The notes under the pieces were generated by a model. The model was not told the origin of the DNA, did not search any database, and saw only the letters and a program-made list of their open reading frames with translations. The position numbers were made by a program, and so were the translations under genes. DNA of 47,558 nt from Alphaproteobacteria bacterium (GTDB taxonomy: Bacteria > Pseudomonadota > Alphaproteobacteria > Rs-D84 > NBLK01), in contig JAFGVS010000001.1 in assembly GCA_016937865.1 (NCBI GenBank), positions 1-47,558 on the forward strand, given 5' to 3'. Below are positions 17,050 to 24,714 of the stretch, piece by piece (the first letter of the stretch is position 1; every line of letters starts with the position of its first letter).

Positions 17050-18819
17050 ATGAGCATGGTGTTAACAGAGCAATCGATATTGAATAAAAAATGGGTGTTG
17101 GAAGACTACAAAGAATCACTGGCAACGAAATTAAAAACACAATTTAATTTACCAGAACTTGTCGCACGGATTATTTCTCAACGATGTCCAGATATAGAAT
17201 CGAGTGTGGCATATTTAAATCCAAAACTTCGATCTTCATTGCCTAATCCTTTCGACTTAAAAGACATGGAAAAGGCCGCCAGACGATTCGTTGAGGCCAT
17301 TGAAAAAAAAGAACGCGTTGCAGTCTTTGGGGATTATGATGTCGATGGGATCACGTCATCTGCGATTATGCACCTGTTCTTTGACGAGATTGGATACACG
17401 AATTGTGAGTTTCATATTCCAGAACGCGAAGAAGACGGATACGGGCCATCTATTCCAGTGTTTGATAAATTCATTAAAAACAAAGCCGATCTTATTGTAA
17501 CGGTGGATTGTGGAATTACGGCAAACGAACCAATTGCCCATGCTGTGGAAAAAGGGGTTGATGTCGTTGTGCTAGATCACCATGAACCACAAATCCTTTT
17601 GCCCAAAGCACATGCGCTTGTGGATCCCAAACGGTTAGATGAAGACGGCGAAAATACATACTTTGCCGCTGTGGGAATTGTGTTTCTCTTTTTGGTTGCC
17701 GTAAATAAATTGTTGCGGGAAAGCGGCTGGTTTACGGAAAACAATAAAAAGCCGGTGGATCTCTTGCAATTTTTAGATCTTGTCGCACTTGGAACCGTCT
17801 GCGATATGGTACCCTTGATTAAAGCAAACCGTGCGTTTGTGGCAACGGGATTAAAAATTATGAAACAGCGCGAAAACCATGGGATAAAGGCCTTGGCGGA
17901 TGTCGGTAAAGCCGGGGTGATTAAAGAATATCATTTGGGGTTTGTGTTAGGACCACGGATTAATGCCGGGGGACGGGTTGGATATTCCCGCATTGGACTA
18001 GATTTATTAACCGCCAAAGATACCTTAACCGCAGAAATTTTGGCCGAAAAGTTGGATCGCTTTAATACAGAGCGTAAAGAAATCGAATCCGCTATTTTCG
18101 TGCAGGCACAAGAACACATCGATAAAGAAGACGAAAAACATACGCCACTTATTCTCATTGCAAAAGAAAACTGGCATCCAGGCGTCATGGGCATTATTGC
18201 GGGACGTTTAAAAGAGCATTATGGCCGGCCGACGTTGGCGGGGGTTATTGATGAAAACGGAATCGTGAATGGATCGGGGCGGTCTATTACAGGGATTGAT
18301 TTTGGACAACTCATTATGAAAGCCAAAGAAAAAGGCCTTGTCCTCGAAGGTGGCGGCCACATCATGGCGGTTGGATTTACCTGTCGAAAAGAAAAATTAG
18401 AAGAGCTTCGGGTATTTTTAAAAGAAGAAATTCAAAAAGAAATCGGGGAAGGGCCGTTAACCCGAACCCTTGGGATAAATGCCGTGATTGATGCGGGTGG
18501 ATTGTCGTTTGAAATGGCCAACACACTCTCACACTTGGAACCCTTTGGGGTGAATAATCACGAGCCGATATTCATGTTAAAAAATGCACAGCTCGCAAAA
18601 GCAACCCTGTTTGGAACAGGACATTTGAAATGTTTTTTCCGGGCCTCGAATGGGAAAAGCTTGGTTGTGTTGCTTTTTGGTGGCTCTTCCAACCCGTTGG
18701 GTCAAACCGTACTTAATCATATCGGCGAAACATTTGATTTGGCTGGCCACTTGCGGGTAAACGCCTGGCAAGGCCAAAAAACAATCCAGTTTCACCTCCT
18801 CGACGCGGTGAAAGCATAA
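17050..18819 (+). CDS. recJ: Single-stranded-DNA-specific exonuclease RecJ
   Basis: DHH motifs (VFGDYDVDGITS, VDCGI, VVLDHHEP) and the DHHA1 motif GGGHIMAVGF. Confidence 0.93.
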   Translation: MSMVLTEQSILNKKWVLEDYKESLATKLKTQFNLPELVARIISQRCPDIESSVAYLNPKLRSSLPNPFDLKDMEKAARRFVEAIEKKERVAVFGDYDVDGITSSAIMHLFFDEIGYTNCEFHIPEREEDGYGPSIPVFDKFIKNKADLIVTVDCGITANEPIAHAVEKGVDVVVLDHHEPQILLPKAHALVDPKRLDEDGENTYFAAVGIVFLFLVAVNKLLRESGWFTENNKKPVDLLQFLDLVALGTVCDMVPLIKANRAFVATGLKIMKQRENHGIKALADVGKAGVIKEYHLGFVLGPRINAGGRVGYSRIGLDLLTAKDTLTAEILAEKLDRFNTERKEIESAIFVQAQEHIDKEDEKHTPLILIAKENWHPGVMGIIAGRLKEHYGRPTLAGVIDENGIVNGSGRSITGIDFGQLIMKAKEKGLVLEGGGHIMAVGFTCRKEKLEELRVFLKEEIQKEIGEGPLTRTLGINAVIDAGGLSFEMANTLSHLEPFGVNNHEPIFMLKNAQLAKATLFGTGHLKCFFRASNGKSLVVLLFGGSSNPLGQTVLNHIGETFDLAGHLRVNAWQGQKTIQFHLLDAVKA

Positions 18820-18915
18820 AGGAATGAGAAGAAACAAAACGAAACAATAAAAACAAGCAAAACAACGAAAAAAACGAAGACCTCGATATAGAGATTAATT
18901 TCCAGGAGAACAAAA

Positions 18916-19794
18916 ATGAGTAATATCAAGAAATGTGGATTTGTGGCCGTCGTCGGCGAAACTAATGCCGGAAAATCAACCTTGATTAACGGACTGGTTG
19001 GACAACGGGTTTCCATCGTATCCCGAAAAGTGCAAACAACGCGGTTTAATATTCGTGGTATTTTGACGACCGATAAAGCGCAGTTAGTCTTTGTCGATAC
19101 ACCCGGTATTTTCGCACCGAAAAACGTGCGCGATAAACTCATGGTACGTCAGGCATTTGATTCGCTGTCCGACACGGATGCTGTTTTGGTTGTCGTGGAC
19201 GCGTCAAAAAAATTATCAAAACCAACAGAGCGTTTGTTTAAAAGCTTACAAGAAAGCAGCGTGCCATTGTTCTTGGCGTTAAACAAAGTGGATAAAGTAC
19301 ATCCGAAAGAAAAGCTTTTTGAAATCGCACAAGACTTATCGGCCAAAGCAACTTTTCAAAATGTTTTTATGATTGATTCATTGCATGAAAAAGGCACAGA
19401 GACATTGGTAGAAGAAATCACAAAATACCTGCCGGAATCACCTTTGTTCTATGATGAGAAAACAAAAACAGACTTGCCACTGGCGCTGACAATTTCGGAA
19501 ATGATTCGCGAACAAGTCTATGGCTTTATCCATGAAGAAATTCCATACGGGATTACAGTGAAAACCGAAAGCATCACCGAAACGGATAAAACCGAAATCC
19601 AGGCGGTAATCTACGTCGCCCGGGAAGGATACAAAAAAATTGTACTTGGCGAAAAAGGATCAAAGATTAAAATCATCGGACAAAACGCCCGGCAGAATTT
19701 GGAAAAATTACTGGGGGTTGAAATCCGCCTGTCCTTGTTTGTGAAAACAGATAAGAAAATCCTGATGCGCTCCGAAATGGAATTGGATGGTTAA
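18916..19794 (+). CDS. era: GTPase Era
   Basis: G1 GETNAGKSTL, G3 DTPG, G4 NKVD, and a C-terminal KH domain (LGEKGSKIKIIG). Confidence 0.95.
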   Translation: MSNIKKCGFVAVVGETNAGKSTLINGLVGQRVSIVSRKVQTTRFNIRGILTTDKAQLVFVDTPGIFAPKNVRDKLMVRQAFDSLSDTDAVLVVVDASKKLSKPTERLFKSLQESSVPLFLALNKVDKVHPKEKLFEIAQDLSAKATFQNVFMIDSLHEKGTETLVEEITKYLPESPLFYDEKTKTDLPLALTISEMIREQVYGFIHEEIPYGITVKTESITETDKTEIQAVIYVAREGYKKIVLGEKGSKIKIIGQNARQNLEKLLGVEIRLSLFVKTDKKILMRSEMELDG

Positions 19795-19883
19795 AAGAAA
19801 TAAAAAACCTTTCGCTTGAAAACTTAAAACCATGTCTTTATCCTAGGCTCGATCAAATAGATAATTTATGCAGGGAATTTAAT

Positions 19884-22361
19884 ATGAATCTACTCGTTGT
19901 CGAATCACCAGCCAAAGCAAAAACCATTTCAAAATATTTGGGAAAAGACTATACCGTTATCGCGTCCGTCGGACATGTGCGCGATTTGGATTCCAAACAA
20001 GGCTCTGTTCATATTGATGGCGATTTGGAAATGGATTGGCAGATCGATCCGAAGAAAGAAAAAAACCTCAAAGAAATGGAACGGGTTTTAAAAACCGCCG
20101 ACACACTGTACCTTGCACCCGATCCCGATCGCGAAGGGGAAGCCATTGCATGGCACGTTTATGATATTTTAAAAAATAGAAAAGCATTAGAAGGCAAAAC
20201 CGTTAAACGCGTTGTCTTTCACGAAGTTACAAAAACCGCCGTTCAAAAAGCGTTGGAAAACACACGCGAAATTGATTATGACATGGTCGATGCTTATCTG
20301 GGTCGTCGTGCCTTAGATTATTTGGTGGGCTATACATTATCCCCTGTTCTGTGGCGTAAATTACCAGGCAGCAAATCTGCTGGTCGCGTTCAATCCGTCG
20401 CATTGCGTTTGATTACAGAACGCGAAGACGAAATCGATCTATTTGTTCCAAGACCGTATTTCTCACTAACCGCAACGTTCGCAACCCAAAATAAAAAAAC
20501 ATTCGAAGGCCGCCTGTTTACCTATGGTAATGAAAAAGTCGAAAAGTTCTTTTTCAAAACCAAAGAAGAAGCAGATAAGGCAAAATCCCAGCTGGAATCG
20601 CAACAATACAGTGTTTCAAACATTGAAAAGAAACAAGTTTCCCGTCATGCATTTGCCCCATTTACAACATCAACATTACAACAAGAGGCCGCACGGAAAT
20701 TACGTTTTTCTGCAAAAAAAACCATGATGGTGGCCCAAGGTTTATATGAAGGCGTCTCCGTAAATGGTGAGACTGTTGGTTTAATTACTTACATGCGTAC
20801 AGACTCAGTTAACTTATCTCAAGAAGCGTTAACCAAAGCCCGCTCTGTCATCGGCACAAACTATGGCGAAAAATATTTACCAGAGAAACCAAACTTCTTT
20901 GCAAACAAATCGAAAAATGCACAAGAAGCGCACGAAGCCATTCGTCCAACACACATTGATTACACACCAAATAAATTGAAAAACACACTCAGCAGCGATC
21001 AACAAAAATTATACGAGCTTATTTGGAAGCGCACCGTTGCGTCTCAAATGACGCCAGCTCTGTTTGATCAAGTCAGTGCCGACATTCAAAGTGCCGATCA
21101 AAATCACCTGTTCCGTGCCGTTGGAACCACCCAAATCTTTGATGGATTTTTAACGCTCTATCAAGAAATTGACGAAGACAAAGAAGATGAAAAAACACAA
21201 AAACTCCCGGCCTTGAACCAAGGAGACAAAACAGATCTGAATAAATTAGATTTAGGCGAACATGAAACCAAAGCGCCGCCGCGATATACGGAAGCATCCT
21301 TGGTAAAAAAATTAGAAGAAATGGGGATCGGACGTCCGTCAACCTACGCCTCTATTTTATCCGTGAATCAAGACCGTGGATATGTGCGTTTGGAAAACCG
21401 TCGCTTTGTGCCGGAAGATCGGGGACGCTTAACAGTTGCATTTTTACAAGCGTATTTTGAAAATTATATGCACTATGATTTTACCGCGAAAATGGAAGAA
21501 ACACTCGACGATATTTCGAATGGTAAAATCAATTGGAAAAAAGTGATTAAAGATTTTTGGCATACATTTATTGCAAAAATCGACGCGATGGAAAATGTCA
21601 CGTTTGACGACGTGCGCGCTATGTTGCATAAAAGCCTTGGTAAATTTGTCTTTAAAAGTGAGGATGAAAAATGCCCAAAATGTGGCAGCAAGATTGATAT
21701 CCGCCTGGGCAAATTCGGTGGCTTTATTGGGTGTGAAAAATACCCAGAATGCAAATACACCAGTCCGCTTTTTGGAGGAGAAGAAAACGGGGACGCACCT
21801 TCTATGGAAGGCGTACCACTGGGCGTTAACCCAGCAACAAATTTAGACATCTTTATCAAAACAGGCCCTTACGGAGACTACATCCAAGAAGGCGATGGCG
21901 AAAGACCAAAACGTATTTCATTGCCAAAAGGACTGGAAAAATCATCAGTAACCTTGGAAACAGCCCTGTCTTTGATTGCATTACCTCGAAAATTAACCGA
22001 CACCATCGAAGCCGGCCTTGGCCGCTTTGGCCCGTTTTTGAAAAGCGAAGGCGCGTTCTATCGCTTGCCAAAAGAATATGATGTTTTAACGGTGACCGCA
22101 CAACAAGCCGAAGAAATTTTGGCCAACACGCCGAAAAAAGATCCCGGAAAAGAAATCGGATTGTTTAAGAAAAAACCAGTGTTGTATTTTTCATCAGGAC
22201 GCTATGGCCCGTATGTAAAACAAGGCAAAACAATGGTCTCGATTCCAAAAGATAGCCAAGGCCAAGAACCAACCATTGAACAGGCAACACAGTGGCTGGA
22301 AAACAAATTAGGCAAAGATAAACCCAAACCCAAAACAAAGGCAAAACCTAAAAGAGAATAA
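19884..22361 (+). CDS. topA: DNA topoisomerase I
   Basis: Toprim N-terminus (LLVVESPAKAKTISKYLG). Active-site YMRTDS. One C4 zinc ribbon (CPKCGS...CEKYPEC). Lys-rich tail. Confidence 0.97.
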   Translation: MNLLVVESPAKAKTISKYLGKDYTVIASVGHVRDLDSKQGSVHIDGDLEMDWQIDPKKEKNLKEMERVLKTADTLYLAPDPDREGEAIAWHVYDILKNRKALEGKTVKRVVFHEVTKTAVQKALENTREIDYDMVDAYLGRRALDYLVGYTLSPVLWRKLPGSKSAGRVQSVALRLITEREDEIDLFVPRPYFSLTATFATQNKKTFEGRLFTYGNEKVEKFFFKTKEEADKAKSQLESQQYSVSNIEKKQVSRHAFAPFTTSTLQQEAARKLRFSAKKTMMVAQGLYEGVSVNGETVGLITYMRTDSVNLSQEALTKARSVIGTNYGEKYLPEKPNFFANKSKNAQEAHEAIRPTHIDYTPNKLKNTLSSDQQKLYELIWKRTVASQMTPALFDQVSADIQSADQNHLFRAVGTTQIFDGFLTLYQEIDEDKEDEKTQKLPALNQGDKTDLNKLDLGEHETKAPPRYTEASLVKKLEEMGIGRPSTYASILSVNQDRGYVRLENRRFVPEDRGRLTVAFLQAYFENYMHYDFTAKMEETLDDISNGKINWKKVIKDFWHTFIAKIDAMENVTFDDVRAMLHKSLGKFVFKSEDEKCPKCGSKIDIRLGKFGGFIGCEKYPECKYTSPLFGGEENGDAPSMEGVPLGVNPATNLDIFIKTGPYGDYIQEGDGERPKRISLPKGLEKSSVTLETALSLIALPRKLTDTIEAGLGRFGPFLKSEGAFYRLPKEYDVLTVTAQQAEEILANTPKKDPGKEIGLFKKKPVLYFSSGRYGPYVKQGKTMVSIPKDSQGQEPTIEQATQWLENKLGKDKPKPKTKAKPKRE

Positions 22362-22363
22362 AA

Positions 22364-22392
22364 TAAAAAAATCCGCATGATGCGGATTTTTT
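22364..22392. terminator. Bidirectional rho-independent terminator (topA / HAD gene)
   Basis: Palindrome ATCCGCAT-g-ATGCGGAT (22371-22387), flanked by an A-run and a T-run. It overlaps the stop codon of the HAD gene. Confidence 0.7.
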
Positions 22393-22999
22393 ATTTTTTG
22401 GGATATCCCTTATAATACTTCCCCGACGGCGGAACAGTATACGCCTGCTTCGCCAGGTCGAGCAGGGGTTTATCGACAATCGCATCTGAAAACATGGTTT
22501 CAATGGTGTAATCATACTTATTCTTTTTGGCCCATTTATTTAAATAAACAACTTTTTCCGCGCCACGTGCGCTGGGACCTGAAAGTTTAAACGGGCTGTT
22601 GCGTTTTGTGGGGCTGGCAATCAACACGTCCCATCCCATACATTTGGAAAGCGGTTTCAATAAAAAATCGGGGGAGGCAGAAATACACACAATCATGCGG
22701 CCTTCTTTACGGTCTTTTTCAAACTGGGAGCGCACCCAGCAAAACGGGCGCGTCGTACGCCAGAAAAGGTTTAAATCTTTTTTAATTGTTTTGGGGGAAA
22801 ACGATTTTAAAATGCCGTCTTTTAGAGTATCTTTTGAAATCAAACCGAAGGTATAAAAAAGACAATAGGACAAAGAGTGAGGCAACATAATCCAAGGTTT
22901 AGTCTTATGGCATAAAGCCCAAGCCCAAAATTTGCGCAGTGTATCACCAGGATAAAGGGTGCCATCAAAATCATAAACGGCGAGTCTTACTTTCTTCAT
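22391..22999 (-). CDS. HAD-superfamily (subfamily IB-like) phosphatase
   Basis: Motif I AVYDFDGTLYPGDT. Cap-like insertion. Motif II ISASP. C-terminal MFSDAIVDKPLL (motif IV-like, SD..D). Confidence 0.75.
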   Translation of the reverse strand: MKKVRLAVYDFDGTLYPGDTLRKFWAWALCHKTKPWIMLPHSLSYCLFYTFGLISKDTLKDGILKSFSPKTIKKDLNLFWRTTRPFCWVRSQFEKDRKEGRMIVCISASPDFLLKPLSKCMGWDVLIASPTKRNSPFKLSGPSARGAEKVVYLNKWAKKNKYDYTIETMFSDAIVDKPLLDLAKQAYTVPPSGKYYKGYPKK

Positions 23000-23008
23000 T
23001 GTTGTCTC

Positions 23009-23479
23009 CTAAAGAATAATAAAAGGTTTGTGAATTTTTTCCAAGAATAGTTTTAAATCATTAGGGGCCAAGACAATTGTCGCGGTATTTATCATAGGAT
23101 GAAATCCTAATTTATTACAACCCATCATATCAAGATCTAATAAACATTCAACCTTATTTTCGATGTCATACATTAAAGAAAAAGGATTGACCGATCCGGG
23201 CTTTACGTTCAATAAATCGTATAAAACATCTGGGGTGCCGAAAGATAAGCGTGACGTCATTAATTTTTTTGACAGCGCCCCAATATCGATTCGCTTTTCC
23301 GCGAGTGTTGATAACAAAAAGCATCGATGCTTGTTCACCAGAAACAGCGTTTTGCAGTGCGCCGCTGGAATGTTAACATTATGTTTTTCTGTATCTTCAC
23401 ACGTAAACAATGCCGGGTGATTGTGTTCCTCGAACACCACCCCCGCATCGTTCAGTAAATCGTATAATTTCTGTTTCAT
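23009..23479 (-). CDS. ProX/YbaK-family aminoacyl-tRNA deacylase-like protein
   Basis: 156 aa with H.HP..FTCE, CKTLFL, RLSFGTPDVLYDLLNVKPGSVNPFSL and GFHPMINTATIVL, matching the stand-alone prolyl-tRNA-editing-domain (ProX) pattern. Confidence 0.75.
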   Translation of the reverse strand: MKQKLYDLLNDAGVVFEEHNHPALFTCEDTEKHNVNIPAAHCKTLFLVNKHRCFLLSTLAEKRIDIGALSKKLMTSRLSFGTPDVLYDLLNVKPGSVNPFSLMYDIENKVECLLDLDMMGCNKLGFHPMINTATIVLAPNDLKLFLEKIHKPFIIL

Positions 23480-23482
23480 GTA

Positions 23483-24550
23483 TTATCTATTTCTTTTTCG
23501 AAGTTCTTTAAGGCCTTCCTCAATATAAGAGACAAAGTCTTTGGTGTCTGCAAAATAGTTTCTGAAAGCATCTTTTATAGATTTTGCATCAGATTTTACA
23601 AGAACAATATCCGCGTCTGGGTTTTCTTTTTCAAGTCTAAAATATTCCTTATTTGCAGCAGATAAAGAGGGCTGTGGCTCCACAATAGATGCAGGAGGTC
23701 CCCCAGGTTGAGAAAAGGTAAGCTTTATTATGAGAATATTTGATTTTATTGCATCAGATTTTTTTATTAGTTTCAAATGTCTAAGTCTAGTTAAAAGATT
23801 CGTTTTCTTATTGATTATAATGAACTCTCTAATTAGGTCTGCATCGGAGAGTTTTGGTTTGCATGATTTTTCATTTTCGTAAACACGAGCAATTATTTCG
23901 CTAGATAAACGGAAAAACTCTTTTTGATCTTCAGATCCTTCTCCAAATTTTGTTCTGTTTTGAGTCATAAAATCTGCAACTTCTACGGCTGTAGCCCAAG
24001 CATGTTGAAAAATAGTTCTATATTGAATTTCAATTCTTAACCCATCCCATTTAGGAGATCTGTCTTTTCCTTTTTTACTTTTGTATTTATAAACATCATG
24101 AATGCCTCTATAGCCACTGTCTTGAGGAGTTTGAATATAATTATACGGATAGGGTTTTTCATCCTGTTTAATTAAAGAATGCAACATTTTTTTAGTTTTA
24201 TGAAGTGAGCTTCTGTAATTAATAAGGTCTTTATAGGATTTAAAAATTAGGCGGCATCCTGCTATGTCGTGCATTCTAGAAAGGGACATACCAGATTGAC
24301 GGTTAGACAGTTTATCAAATATAGTGATTTTTCTTTTCAATCTTTGAGCATAAACAACTTTAATATTGGATTTATTAATTCTGTTTTTTAAAATAGAGGA
24401 CCAAGTGTTTAGCACATGAACATGCGAAGCTCTCCAATTTTCAATAATATCATAATCTTCTCTTGTGGCTGTATTTTCTCTAACATTTTTTCCAGCTAAA
24501 TCGACTCTTTTTTTTGAAAATATCGGGTAAATCTGGAGTCTTTTAGACAT
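23483..24550 (-). CDS. Stand-alone RelA/SpoT-synthetase-domain protein (toxSAS / CapRel-like) with an unassigned C-terminal domain
   Basis: QRLKRKITIFDKL, DIAGCRLIF, DSGYRGIHDVY and RIEIQYRTIFQHAWATAVE form the RelA_SpoT nucleotidyltransferase core. No HD, TGS or ACT domains. About 130 extra C-terminal residues. Hand-counted GC of two 60-nt samples is 30-32%. Confidence 0.8.
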   Translation of the reverse strand: MSKRLQIYPIFSKKRVDLAGKNVRENTATREDYDIIENWRASHVHVLNTWSSILKNRINKSNIKVVYAQRLKRKITIFDKLSNRQSGMSLSRMHDIAGCRLIFKSYKDLINYRSSLHKTKKMLHSLIKQDEKPYPYNYIQTPQDSGYRGIHDVYKYKSKKGKDRSPKWDGLRIEIQYRTIFQHAWATAVEVADFMTQNRTKFGEGSEDQKEFFRLSSEIIARVYENEKSCKPKLSDADLIREFIIINKKTNLLTRLRHLKLIKKSDAIKSNILIIKLTFSQPGGPPASIVEPQPSLSAANKEYFRLEKENPDADIVLVKSDAKSIKDAFRNYFADTKDFVSYIEEGLKELRKRNR

Positions 24551-24567
24551 TTGTTTCCTTTTAATGA

Positions 24568-24579
24568 AATTCGCGAATT
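24568..24579. promoter_or_regulatory. Perfect 12-bp palindrome AATTCGCGAATT upstream of the SAS gene (candidate operator)
   Basis: Exact self-complementary dodecamer located 18-29 nt upstream of the SAS ATG (24550), just beyond its RBS (AAGGAAACAAATG). Confidence 0.3.
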
Positions 24580-24714
24580 ACAAGCGCAGCGAAATTAAAA
24601 CGCAGTGGTGATGGCGAGGGAAAATTGTCGTTTCAGAACGAAGATGTACGTTGGGGTACATCGAATGATGTTCGCAAAACGGCAATTTACACCGCCAAGA
24701 TTAATTTCCCAGAA

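Noticed and set aside
18820-18890. Strongly strand-asymmetric A/C-rich, almost T-free tract between recJ and era
   Set aside because: It could be an unstructured leader or an ARN-like Hfq site, but I found no consistent periodic motif. Low-complexity A-rich spacers are common in AT-rich genomes, so support is insufficient.
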